Both the position numbers and the translations under genes were made by a program. Positions 1 to 13,148 of a DNA stretch of 64,000 bases are shown piece after piece. This stretch comes from Octopus sinensis. Lineage: Eukaryota. A model generated the notes under the pieces. The model saw only the letters and a program-made list of their open reading frames with translations, did not search any database and was not told the origin of the DNA. The stretch covers positions 173,662,001 through 173,726,000 of the forward strand of contig NC_042999.1 in assembly GCF_006345805.1 (NCBI RefSeq). The letters are read 5' to 3'. The number at the start of each line of letters is the position of its first letter. Position 1 is the first letter of the stretch.

Positions 1-539
1 ACACTTAACGAGTAAGTGAACACAGTGGCAGTGACAGGATACGAACGTGATTTCTCGACTGAAGCCTCCTATAAATTCTCGAATTTCATGACATGCACGC
101 AGATTAAATTCGATTTCGATATTTAGCAACATTCTGCGTACAGCGCGATTGAACACACACATACACAAACATGCACACGCACAAACACACATACAAACAC
201 ACACACAAGCACACACACACATAGACACACGCACACACACACATATATATGTATGTATGTATGTATGTTTATATTCTAATAACATATATATATATATATA
301 TATATATACGTGGTGTATATATGCACTACCTCATGTACCTACGCCTAAGCACTGTCATGGCATCTGCTGTGGCTGTGGCTTTTTAAACAAGACAATGTCC
401 TGAAAAGACACCCACATAAATTGCACATCCGATTTGGCCCACCAAGAGTTGTAGATAAGTTCTGATCTTCATGGATCTTAAAATGTTTTTGAGGCATCCG
501 TTATATTTGCGAACCTGGCATACACTGCATTCAAGGGTG

Positions 540-1045
540 TGCACAAGCATATAGGCAGAATAGTGGGTGGAGATTCGTTTTCCACGGGTTTTGAGATTTG
601 AGCCCAGTAAATGACAGGCATGGTATGTCACAAAATGTGCACTCAAAAACATCATTGTTATTTACATTCTCGATCGTAACATTCTTCCTTAAATCTCTTT
701 TGATTTTTACATGCGTTATCTTGGCCTCCTCAAATGCTTTCACTCCACTCCACACTTTTTTTCGCCATCCAACTTGATCCGAAGCATGGATTTCTAAGTC
801 TTCTGGAAACATTCCAAGTGACTTCATAATAGTCCTTATGCCGTCCTTAAACCTTTTTTTAGGTTTACACCGATAGCATTTCCCCTCTGCAAGTTCACCA
901 AAAATAGATGTTTTGGCATGCGTTCATCCGCCATTCGAACAATAAGGCCACACAATCTCATTTGGTTCCTCAAAATCATAGCATTAATTGAGGTGGTGCC
1001 TGCAGATGCAAGGATATCTGCGTTTGGAGTAAAAGTATAATCTTT
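540..1045 (-). mobile_element. RTE-clade LINE 3' remnant (end of RT plus C-terminal C2H2-like motif), frameshifted
   Basis: Minus-strand peptides SINAMILRNQMR.CG.IVRMADERMPKHLF, then WRKKVWSGVKAFEE and FECTFCD.PCLSFTGLKS, resemble the typical RTE/BovB C-terminus (RW.GH..RM...R.PK..L). Confidence 0.75.
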
Positions 1046-1054
1046 CATTACCTA

Positions 1055-1116
1055 TGTATATGCATACACACACACACACACACACAACACACACACACAC
1101 ACACGTATATATATAT

Positions 1117-1182
<66 letters not shown>

Positions 1183-1206
1183 ACATATATATACATATAT
1201 ACATAT

Positions 1207-1253
<47 letters not shown>

Positions 1254-1340
1254 ATATAAACATATATATACATATATATATATATATATACATATATATA
1301 TACATATATACATATATATATATACATATATATACATATA
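1055..1340. repeat. Compound (CA)n/(TA)n/(TACA)n microsatellite
   Basis: Directly visible. It is the source of several spurious YIYI/HTHT ORFs. Confidence 0.97.
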
Positions 1341-1351
1341 TACAACCACAT

Positions 1352-1469
1352 GGCCTGCTCGCTTAGCCAGCGGGTTGGCGTCATTTGAAGGCTAAAACAA
1401 TGCGAACGCATTGTGACCAGAGATGTGTAACTACATCTGATAGCCAGGTCGGTCATGGTGATCACGGTG
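1352..1469. mobile_element. Truncated SINE/LINE-tail insertion with 14-bp target-site duplication
   Basis: ATATACAACCACAT flanks the insert on both sides (1338-1351 and 1470-1483), as expected for target-primed reverse transcription. Confidence 0.65.
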
Positions 1470-1899
1470 ATATACAACCACATATTTATATATACACACA
1501 TACACACATCATTTTATTTATGCAAGCTGGACTCTGTAATGTATGCATTATGCTTATCCATTTTATACAATATTGTAACAGAATCATTCATTTTACTGGA
1601 ACACTGAAAAGATTCTTTTCAGTTAGATACCAGTGTACAATAACTTCAGGATTTGATTTAATAATTTCTTTCACATAGATAAAAAAATATATATACATAG
1701 CGTAAAAAAACAGAATCAGAATATATGTATACTCTTCATTCACCACTGTAAATCCTTTCCATAGCCATATATAATTAAATTTATTTGCAGAGAAGTGTGG
1801 AATATATTGCCATCATTCTTTTTGCAAATGCGGAAACCAAAAACATGGCGGACATGATAAATATAGAAATAAGTAAAATAAGCGGAGAAGAAAGATAAT

Positions 1900-1990
1900 G
1901 AAGTGGTGGAGGAGGAGGAGGAGGAGGAGGGAGAATTGGTGGTGGTAGTGGTGGTGGTAGTAATAGTAGTAGTAGTAGTAGTAGTAGTAA

Positions 1991-2046
<56 letters not shown>

Positions 2047-2060
2047 ATAGTAGTAGTAAA
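1900..2060. repeat. Compound (GGA)n/(GGT)n/(AGT)n trinucleotide microsatellite
   Basis: Directly visible. Confidence 0.95.
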
Positions 2061-2614
2061 CCAAGCAGATGGAGAATAGGAGGAAAAATACATTTTTCAC
2101 TCTGACCAAACACATTCATTTAGGCGTAAGTTTGTTTCTCTCCAACACAATGTCTCTTTTCCATTCCAATGTATAATCCGAGCCTAAAGTTTCATTGAAT
2201 TATGGACCTACCGGGTAGAATGGCTGCTCGCCAAAGACTGTCATGAAACAGGAACGCATCCAAGCACAGCATTGTACATCAGATAAATGACTCGACTGAA
2301 GACAGCCATGTCCAGCTCTTTTGTTATATAGCCAGTGAACGTATTCGCTTATCTTTTGTATTTATTCTAGTCAGTCATATAAATCGTTGTCAAACTACGA
2401 GTACCACAAAGGCCATTCCCGGAAGCAGTTTAAACCGAGACAGAAGGTAAGATAGGGAGAGGAAAGGAGAGTTAGAAATAAATAATTCGATGGAAGAGAA
2501 TAAGAAATGGAAGACGAGAAAGTGATTATAATGCATTGAAAGTAGTTGAAATGTAATGCCATTTTCTTCGTTCGAATAACAACTGCCTAAACAGAGAGTG
2601 AATATCGTTGACGT

Positions 2615-2670
<56 letters not shown>

Positions 2671-2899
2671 TATAATATAATATAAATTAGAGATAAAACC
2701 ACTATTATGCAACTCAAACAATGATAGACATAAACCAAAACATAAATAACAAATATATATTTTTATAAAACATATAACTAGACCTCAAAAAGTATAAAAT
2801 GAATTATCAATATATGATAAGTAAAAAAATTACGTACGCTTCATGGCTACAGTTAAATTCGCATTACAATTAAGTTTAAATTCAATTGAAATAAATTTG

Positions 2900-2956
<57 letters not shown>

Positions 2957-3046
2957 ATTTAATGTAGGATAAATTTTTTTCGAAAAAAACTTTTATCAAT
3001 GGCCAGCATATTAAAAAATGCCTTTAAATAATATATAAATAAATAT

Positions 3047-3088
<42 letters not shown>

Positions 3089-3161
3089 AGATAAGAAAAT
3101 GGAGAAATACATCTAAATCAAATATCATGCATTTACAACCCCAATCTCCATTTATAATTAA

Positions 3162-3214
<53 letters not shown>

Positions 3215-3290
3215 TATATTAATATATACATATAATATATATATATAATATATTATATATATATATATATGTATACATATAATATATATA

Positions 3291-3387
<97 letters not shown>

Positions 3388-3400
3388 TATATACACACAC
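2900..3400. repeat. Degenerate (TA)n arrays with a short embedded interspersed repeat
   Basis: Directly visible. About 2960-3030 (AATGTAGGATAAA...ATGGCCAGCATATTAAAAAAT) recurs at about 4870-4940. Confidence 0.9.
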
Positions 3401-3550
3401 ATTATTCTTTTGGCCGGGAAAGTCTTCACTGTTGTACATTGTTTTCGGCTTTAATAAATAGGATATATTACTCCAGCTTTGGTATTATTTTTACCGCCGT
3501 CTTCTATATCTATGGGCTTACTTATAATAAATTATATAAATTTTTATAGA

Positions 3551-3657
3551 CGCAGGGGTGCCTATGTTGTAAGTAGCGTGCTTACCAATCACATGGTTCC
3601 TAGTTCAGTCCCACTGCGAGGCAGCTTGGGCAGGTGTCTTCTACTATAGCCTCGGGC
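3551..3657 (+). mobile_element. 5' head of tRNA-derived SINE (same family as 20463, 29309, 36881)
   Basis: Shares ACATGGTTCC..GTTCAGTCCCACTGCG.GGCA.CTTGGGCA.GTGTCTTCTA.TATAGCCTCGGG with the longer copies in this window. Confidence 0.8.
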
Positions 3658-3788
3658 TACAGTAGCATCCACCCTTAAGGGTTAGCCACATTTAAGTGAC
3701 AAATATACTTCATGATGTCGTACAGCAACTGTTTATACCTCGTTCAGAGATTTATTATTACTTGTTTACACTTTTTCGAGATCAGTGA

Positions 3789-3889
3789 CTTTTCGTCACT
3801 GGAAAAATATATGTATATATATTTGCATTGGGGACCTCTTTCGTCACTGGAAAAAGGATATATATATATATTTGCATTGAGGACCTCTT
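3789..3889 (+). repeat. About 49-bp tandem duplication
   Basis: TTTCGTCACTGGAAAAA...ATTTGCATTG(G/A)GGACCTCTT occurs twice in tandem. Confidence 0.9.
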
Positions 3890-3990
3890 CACATCGCCAA
3901 CCGGTGATTGTCACTTTTTGTTGCTTTTTGAAAGTGTAATCGAATTTGCTGGGAGGCAGCCTTGTTGGGCGGAATTGAAAAGACTGAAAA

Positions 3991-4720
3991 ATGAAGAGTT
4001 ACGCGGAAGCTGCTGGAGTGCGAGATGATGTGAACCCACATCTTCTGATGTAGGATGAGCTGGATTGGGATGAGAAGAAGTTGAGGAAATATCACAGCAT
4101 GATAAAGAAGGAAGGCACTAACACCAGAGTGATTATGCCAGAGGAGGAAAAAGAAAATACATGAACAAAATGATATTCAGAACCTTCTCTATCGAAAACA
4201 GAAGAATAGAAAGACCGTCACAAGAAGAGATTGAAGAAATGTTACTGAGTTACATAGGTGAAGGAATAATTTTCTTCACAAGAGGAAAAATATATGGTAC
4301 GATAGCGGTTTCATTTGCTACAGAAGAGGAGGCAATATTGAACGATGGAGAGACAAGAGGAGAAAATGGATGTTAATACCAGACACCCCAGAAAAAAGAA
4401 TTGTCAAAGTAAGAGTGGAAAGAATCCCACCTATGACAGACCCAGAATGGGTAATAATGGCAATTTTTGACTCTAATCTATGGAGGGGGATCAAGAAGCT
4501 GGTGATTCATTCAGTAAACAGAACTGAAAATATGAATTTGGGGGGATATTGTGTGGAGGTGATTTGCGCCGTAACCCAGGAGTATTACAAAGAATTGCCG
4601 GAAACGGTAGAATTGCCAACAGGCGAAAGACTGGAGGTAATGTCGGCGGGGATATCCCCAAAATGTTACAAACGCGGCGGAAGAGGACACCTGAATAGCG
4701 ATAGCGAAACCGGTCGATAT
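3991..4720 (+). pseudogene. Degraded ORF1/gag-like protein of a Tx1/L1-type non-LTR retrotransposon
   Basis: Starts MKSYAEAAG (SYAxAx motif common at ORF1 N-termini), continues through an RRM-like stretch (FFTRGKIYGTIAVSFATEEEA; VKVRVERIPP) and ends in a decayed CCHC knuckle (PKCYKRGGRGHL). Contains a stop and frameshifts. Confidence 0.55.
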
Positions 4721-4957
4721 ATTATGAATTATACTAAAACTATGTAAGTGTGCGTATTTTCCTTTTTTAATTTCTTATATACATTACAACTCACCACGTG
4801 GGGATAATCGAAATTCCTCTTTTCTATTACTATATATATATATATAATATATATATATATATACATAACTAATGTAGGATAAAAATTTTTTCGAAAAAAA
4901 ATTTTATCAATGGCCAGCATATTAAAAAATACCTTTAAAGGTTAAATTTATAAACAA

Positions 4958-5038
4958 TTCATAAATAAGGGCAAACGAATATGTCCAATTTTTCGGCATA
5001 TTTGGCATTAGAATTTTTTTCGTTTGCCCTTATTTATG

Positions 5039-5040
<2 letters not shown>
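4958..5040. repeat. 22-bp perfect inverted repeat with 39-bp spacer next to (TA)n
   Basis: TTCATAAATAAGGGCAAACGAA (4958-4979) and its reverse complement (5019-5040). Confidence 0.92.
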
Positions 5041-5120
<80 letters not shown>

Positions 5121-5579
5121 ATTCCCGGAAAAGCGGGTCTTATCGCTTGGTTCCGTTCCATAATTGTTTCGCTAATCCAATAACCACAATAGAAAGTTCA
5201 AATACTAAGAAATAAGCATATTCAATTTGATTTACACCAAATAATATGGGAAAATGATGGGTTATTTTCCTTGGCTGTTAAAATAAAATATACTAGTTAT
5301 ATATAAAGATCACTTCCAGGATCCCAATTATCGATTTTTCAACAATGTGACTAAGCCATGAGGTTTTCAGACATGAGTTCTACTTACGTATCAAGTTTCG
5401 TCAAAATTGATAAAACGATGTAGGAGATGTTAGCTAACAACTCCGCAAATAGAATAGATTTTGAAAATTATGCAAACATAATTTGTGCAATATTTGTGGA
5501 ATATTTTCCACATAACACAAATCAGGTAGCACTCCTGGCGGCGTTGGAGAGAGTAGATGTGAGTTTTTATAGTCGAACC

Positions 5580-5765
5580 CAAAAATCAATGCGTCGCATG
5601 CCGTCTATCTTCCTTGTTATTCACACTTTGGAGTGCTTTTACTCTCATAATGAGTTGCTTCGTAAGGGGGGACTACAGTGGGCAACAGTATTCAAGTTGG
5701 GGTCGGGTAAAAGTAAAGTAGAGAAGGATGATGGTGTAGGCATCTCTAGATTGGAAAGTTCTCAG
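5580..5765 (-). mobile_element. CR1/L2-type LINE RT C-terminal remnant
   Basis: Minus-strand LLYFTFTRPQLEYCCPL resembles the conserved LY..LVRPHLEYC..VWSP motif, followed by ITRKIDGM. Confidence 0.65.
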
Positions 5766-5793
5766 AATCCAGAAGTACATATTTAGTATATAT

Positions 5794-5871
<78 letters not shown>

Positions 5872-6244
5872 CATAAAAACTCTGTTCAGCCCGAGACACC
5901 TGCCCAAGGTTCGGGATTTTTTGAAGAATTAATTGAAAAATGACACAAAATTGTATTCAGTTTTGCAAGAAACAACTGGCAGGTCACCTACTTTGCAACC
6001 TCGTTGCTCCACCCAAACGATGAACCAAAAATGATAAATAAAACTTGGAAAATCAAAAGTTTGTTATTCCTTGGCAAAGGTAGTTTAGGCCAAATTTCTA
6101 ATTCAAGTGAATTTTGACTTGAAGAAATATAATGCAAGTGATGTGCAGATTAAAATTATCTTGTTATCCTACGATTTTTATAGTTTTTTTTATATAATAA
6201 GATATATAATATATATATATATATATATACTATATATATATATA

Positions 6245-6395
6245 GTTTTCCTTGTATATGAGTGACGGCTAAAATTAGGGTTGGGTTGAAAACACGTCGA
6301 TAGCGTTGACTCCAGTGTTGAACTATTACTTTCTGTACCTGAAGGAATGAAAAACAAAGTCTCGCTGGTGAAATTTGAACGCAGAACATGAAGTA
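6245..6395 (-). mobile_element. Degenerate SINE (same family as 40895 and 42795)
   Basis: Decayed version of the GACCCCAGTG..AACT..TACTT...GGATGAAAGGCAAAGTC...GAATTTGAACTCAGAAC motif seen in the better copies. Confidence 0.5.
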
Positions 6396-6464
6396 AGAAC
6401 TAATTCAGTCAATCATGTTTTCGGGCCTGCTCATTATTTTGCCAGCCTGTAGCCTTCCACATGT

Positions 6465-6468
6465 AAAC

Positions 6469-6554
<86 letters not shown>

Positions 6555-6978
6555 CAGCAAAACTACTATTAGTCTCAGAGTCACCGCTTTTTTAAAGCTA
6601 ATTGAAAACAAGGTATATATTACTTTTATGAAGAGGATATATATGTTATCCAAGAAACACTACTCTACAAAACAACGACGCTATCATGCAACTATAGGAC
6701 TCGTTAGCACATCAGTTTTTCTACATCGATTTCACATGCCAACGATCTTTTCCTTAATAGCATGTCAGTTTCGGAAAAAAAACCTCATTTTTGACATTAT
6801 CTCCTCTTTTCATTTAGACGTGGTTTCAATTGCTAAAAGGCGCCTCTTTACTGTTATCTCCAAACGGAAGATATTTTCAATAAATCTAGAATTCATCTCA
6901 GTTGGTAATTCATGCAACTTACTCATTTTATTGTTCATATTCGTGCCAACGTGCCGTGAGTTACATCTTTTGGCTCAG

Positions 6979-7013
<35 letters not shown>

Positions 7014-7187
7014 ATACACATACATACACATATATATATACATATATATATATATATAACATACATATATATACATACTATATATATATATATATATATA
7101 TACATACATACATATATATATATATATATTATATATACATATATATATAGATACATACATACATATATAATATGTATAATATATACA

Positions 7188-7255
<68 letters not shown>
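6465..7255. repeat. Two (TA)n-rich arrays (about 6465-6552 and 6980-7255)
   Basis: Directly visible. Confidence 0.95.
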
Positions 7256-8363
7256 CGTACAAGTATACAATTCTACATGCATTCATACATACATACATTT
7301 CAAAACAAGGTTCCGAAAAACTCTTGACAAGCAAAACGTGAGTAAGTTTCATAAATATTTTCAGTTTTGATGTTATAATAAAAATAAGGGTATGTTTGCG
7401 AAAATGATTCTAAAATATGTTATAGATATATTTATTACTCAACCTACTGTGCTATGTATGTAAATAAATATTTAGCAAACATAACAAAATTATTTTTTGC
7501 ATAAAGATTTACGATAGAGGCACAATTAAAAATATGAATAAATATTTGTAGTCAGAGCATATTGAAATATAAGTATGCCCAAACCGAAAACACGCTTGGA
7601 ATATAATACTTAAAGATATTCGAACATATGTAAATAAAGATATTTTCATTTGTTTGCTTCAAACTCACATTCATGTCTCTAGCAGTCTCTCATTTGAAAT
7701 AAACAATGGAGCTTTCTCATCAGCAAAAGGTAGAAATGAATATCACAATTGATAAGTATTCCAGCCAGGAACAACTTGAAAACCGAAAAGGAAAATCTCT
7801 AAAGATGCAACTCCAACCAAGATGTCAATGAAGATTTTACAATATTTCTATCTCTAAAATACTCTATAAAGTATTGTATAATTCCAAAAGCGATGTACAA
7901 ATTCAACTAAATATATGCATATATAAATGTACATATTTCACTATGTATGGCCAGTTTGTTTCTCCTTCGAGTGAATCTTTGCCATTCTGATTTTATATTT
8001 CTGTACAACCACTTTAAACACGCATATATTTTCATATTTATTGAGGCTTCTCTCTGCTAAACCACCTTAAACGAAAAAATAATATCTGTGTATTAAGATT
8101 TTTAATGCTAAGGGCTCTTTTATGTAAAGCATTTTACAGGCAGATATATCGTAAAGAGTGTTCATCAACATTCCGGTTACATTTACATCTTCCCGTTTTT
8201 GCAGCTCTGGTTTACCACTTTCAGTATTTATCACTTATGGTACTTAGTCTCTGTTCTCAGCTAATTATATGATTTCACATTATATTCGAAAAGTAGGAGT
8301 CATAGTGACATCAATTCGTTTGTAGAGGAAAATGAAATATGTGTATGCGTGACACATATATGT

Positions 8364-8418
<55 letters not shown>

Positions 8419-8510
8419 CAATGTGGTGTTGAGCACTCATTTCATCGTTTGACATTTACGTATACACACACACACACGCATACAAACATACATACATACA
8501 TATATATTAT

Positions 8511-8554
<44 letters not shown>

Positions 8555-8759
8555 TTCGCGCAGCAAGAATTAATTCTATTACACTTGCTATAGAAATATA
8601 CTTATTACAATAATAGCACAAGGATGAAAAAAAATTCTTTTCGTGGTAGTATGAGAGTTAACAACGCAACTGAGACGAGTGAAACCAGTCGTACTACATA
8701 AACAGAAGATATTTTGGGATAGGGGAACTTCGAGACAGATATCGCTGACAGATATTGTT

Positions 8760-9230
8760 ACCGACTCGGACCTCTTTCTGTGCTGAATATTCTTGTAAAG
8801 AGAAGGGCCGAGCTATCGTCTGATCACCACCTAGTTTTCTGCAACGGGAGACAATCGACTGCAAGGATACACCTCAAAACTGTTAAGTACAGAATAAAGT
8901 GGGAAATCCTGATGGATAATGGGATCAAAAACATTATTTCGTTCATATGCACAGTGCTGTAGACAAAAGCGATATGGTGGGGCGCCAGGTTGTACAAAAT
9001 AAAACAGCTAGTTAAAGACTTTGTCCCAACAAAGTGCTAAAGCTTACAAACGTTAGTTTGGCAACGATTCTATCCTTTTGTGCATGCGGCACACTGAGAC
9101 ATGAAAAGTTGCAGCAGAGGCAGCAAAAACGTTAGAGGTTAAGTCATGGGACGCCCTTGGGGTTAATTTGGACTCTGACTTTAGATTAGTCAATAAAGTA
9201 TTCTGAGAGACCATCCGCTACATGAAACAG
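8760..9230 (+). mobile_element. RTE-clade LINE remnant (end of APE endonuclease and linker)
   Basis: VLNILVKRRAELSSDHHLVFC carries the KRGAELSTDHHLV-type APE motif. A downstream KSWDALGVNLDSDFRLVNKVF*ETIR resembles the RTE/Rex3-type linker. Confidence 0.7.
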
Positions 9231-9708
9231 TTATCAGAACTAAGATACGATAAAAATTATTGCCAACTTTAAATACAATACACCAATATCACACACAACT
9301 TGAAATAGAAATTCATGTTCAAACAAATATCTTACGTAAATAACAAATTTACAGTCAGACATAAAACTTACTAATACAAAACAAACCACAATGTCAACAA
9401 CTAAATATTCTATGGAATAATGACCAGTATCAGTAACAACAACATCTATATCATATATTGGGCTCCATTATCTATTTCTGTCTGATAATTATCGTAACAA
9501 TTCAATTTCGTGACCTACAAAGTGATGGGATATAAACGGAAACAGAGCTTTTGTTTGTTTTTACAACCGGTAAACATGTCAGCATGACACAGACACTGAC
9601 ACAACAGAACACACTCATACGTATACATATACATATATATATATATACGTTTTTCTCCATTAATACATACGTAAATACATTAATACACACACATGCACAC
9701 GCACACAG

Positions 9709-9741
<33 letters not shown>

Positions 9742-9814
9742 TGTATCTATGTATGTATGTATGTAAGCATGTATGTATGCATGAATATATGTTTAAACAC
9801 ACACAAACACACAT

Positions 9815-9867
<53 letters not shown>

Positions 9868-11249
9868 CGTATACATTCATACATTTGTCCGCGTGTGACT
9901 GATTTCCACAGTCCATTTTCAGTTCCACTCATTTGTGAACTCAATCTGATGGCAGAAGACATTTGCCGGAGATTCCAATCAATAGCATAGAACGCGGGAG
10001 CATTTGTTTGCGCAGTGAAATTCTGAAAAAATACACCTATACCTGTGTGATGGATAATATACGAGAAGTATTGGTATTTGTTAACCTCTACTTATGTATA
10101 TTTTACTACTTTTAAAATCTGATTATTCTTACCTTTTTTGTACGTTACATGACATTTGTCTTTTTCTTATCAGATTCTCAGAAAAATGTTGATGTGAATT
10201 TGTTTTTTCAATATGAATACGACGAATATATCCCTATATTTCGTATCTCCATCATTTCTCTAGTATATAGCCTTTCTCTTTTCGTTTGCTCCACACTAGC
10301 CAATAAGCGAATATATCGTATGATCAACATTGTCTTACTCTAGCTGATTATATATAAACCTTGAATATTATATTCATGAACTACCCACTGTTCATGGTAA
10401 TGAATGCAAGAATCTAGCTTTTGTATCCTAACACATGGAGTTATAAATATGCTGATATGATACGAACTACAGTACTCGATGCTTTTTGCTTGACCATTCG
10501 ATACTTCAAATGGTGGCTATGCTTTGTCTTTTTTTTTCTTTTATTTATCCAGATTTCATGATCATTATTAAAAACATCACTTGCAGAGACAGAAGAAATC
10601 ACATTTACCTACGCATTTTATTACAATATAGGCTGTACAGCAACACGTTAATGACTACTGCCAGAAATATTATTGCTACACCTTTAAAAATATCTAAACT
10701 GAGAGTCTAAAAGACAAACAAAATATTGCCCTACATCATTTCCACAAAAGATACAAGTAAATATGAAAATCCGACATAAATAAAATTCTAGTAAATAATA
10801 GCCTGATTGTAAACGCTTTATTATTCTAATGTCAAAAACATTGCACAAAGAAGAAAGAATAGTTACACAACACATTTATTCAAAGGAGTACAAACAAAAA
10901 TATACACATAAGAAGTGCATTATGGCGGAAGCGAAACAAAAGACACATCACTTTTCTACTTAAGGCTATAACACAGAAAAATATGGCCTACCTGATATCT
11001 GTCTCAAAATTGATGTTTATTTTTGCACTCCTTCCTTACTTCACTTAGTCGGCAAAAACGATGGCAAATCGTCGATTATTAAGTCTGTCAAAAGATTTCC
11101 GCACATCTGTAGCTAACTATTCAAATTGACTCTAATTTTTTTGATATAGAATTGTGTAAGAATTCAAAAATCCTGTTTTTGTCTTTAAGTCCATTAATAC
11201 ATATGTAAATACATTAATACACACACATACGCACACGCACACAGATATA

Positions 11250-11780
11250 TGTATGTATGTGTGTGTATGTATGTGTGTATGTATGTATGTATGTATGTAT
11301 TTATCTATGTATTTATGTATGTATGTGTGTGTATGTATGTATGTATGTGTGTGTGTGTATGTATGTATGTATGTATGTATGTAAGCATGAATGTATGTAT
11401 GTATGCATGTATGTATGTATGCATGTATGTATGTATGTATGTATGTATATATGTATGCATGTATGCATGTATGTATGTAAGCATGTATGTATGATTGTAT
11501 GTATGTTTAAATATATATATATAATATGTATATGATTTTTTTTCCATTTACTTTCGATGAAGAAGATAACGATGATGACGATGACAACGCCGGCAACGGT
11601 GATTATCGTGATGATCATGATGATTGTGGTGGTGTTAGTGATTGTAATGATGGCGTTCATAATGATTATAATGATTATAATGGTCTTGATGATCAAGATC
11701 ATGATCATGATCATGATCATGGCGACCGTTGAAATAGTAGTGATGATAAAGATGTTGATAATAATGGACATGTTGTTACT
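11250..11780. repeat. (TATG)n array followed by degenerate (GAT)n array
   Basis: Directly visible. Confidence 0.93.
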
Positions 11781-12281
11781 ATTGTTATTGTGATTTTCTT
11801 TCTAGGTTGTTGATATAAAGAGGTCTGCTTATAGTTTTTATTGATAATAGCTGCACAGTAAATACTTCGTTTGGTTGCTCTTCTTCTATAGTTACTATAT
11901 TCTTATTGTCTTTTCGGATTTATGTTTTTCTAAGTGTTGCATGTATTGTTGGATATTTTTTTGTCGTTTATGTGGTTACCTCTATTGTTCTATTTCTTAC
12001 TTCTACGTGACTTTTAACATTTAGACTTGTCAATTTATCCATTAGTCTTTGTAACGATACATAGTGTCTCTGACTAAAAGCCGTATAAAACCATGAATAA
12101 TAAATTGTATACATACACACACATATAAAATACACTGACACGCGAACACGAAAATGAATACACATGAATCGTGCGTGTGAGTATGAGTTTGAGCGTGTGT
12201 TTGAGTGAGTATTTGGGTTTGTTTATATTGTGTTAAAATACTGTATGTAACTGAATGCATTTATGTCCTGATGTTAATTGA

Positions 12282-12550
<269 letters not shown>

Positions 12551-12651
12551 TCATGATTTTGAACCGTTAACACCTACACATTCCTTTTCTTTCTCCGTTT
12601 TTCCTCTCCCGCAAAGTAAATCAAACATAATTTAGGACTTTAAGACGGGTC

Positions 12652-13148
12652 AAAATAGGTAACACAAACAGGACAGTGAAAACAAACAGGAAGGGCTGCT
12701 AAGACTAAACGAGGTTGTAGTGGCGACGATTCGCTAATGAAGTCATTTATGTGCGTTGACTACCGCATTAGAGCATTTTAGCTCTTATTTCTAGCAATGT
12801 AAATGTTTCTAATGCATTAGTCACATTTAGTGACAATGGTAATTCTCATTTTATTTTTTATTTTATTAGTATTATTGTTGTTGTTGATGTTGTTGTTGTT
12901 TCTATTTGAACAGGTTGAATTGCTTCTTTTCAAGGCAGCGCTCTCAGTGGCCAGTGGGAGTAGTAAACACATTTGACCTCTGATCACCCAAGGGTTGCGA
13001 AGATTCTTTTGTCTCTATGGCTAAAAATAGGTAACACAAACAGGACAGTGAAAACAAACAGGAAGGGCCGCTAAGACTAAACGAGGGTGTAGTGGCGACG
13101 ATTCGCTAATGAAGTCATTTATGTGCGTAGAGTACCGCATTAGAGCAT
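12652..13148 (+). repeat. 125-bp direct duplication, copies 372 bp apart
   Basis: AAAATAGGTAACACAAACAGG...CCGCATTAGAGCAT at 12652-12776 and 13024-13148, 4 mismatches by eye. Confidence 0.93.

Noticed and set aside
5290-5500. Possible non-autonomous Helitron-like repeat (ACTAG start, AAGTTTCGTCAAAATTG motif)
   Set aside because: No subterminal hairpin or matching TC end found.
6415-7059. 214-aa plus-strand ORF, with a coiled-coil-like peptide on the opposite strand
   Set aside because: The ORF is padded by (TA)n at both ends and has no recognisable motif. The antisense peptide has several stops and only a vague ORF1-like look.
7700-8240. Plus-strand micro-exon candidates (ATGGAGCTTTCTCATCAGCAAAAG|GTAGAA; TTTTGCAG|...|GTACTT)
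   Set aside because: Weak donors and short peptides, as expected by chance in AT-rich DNA.
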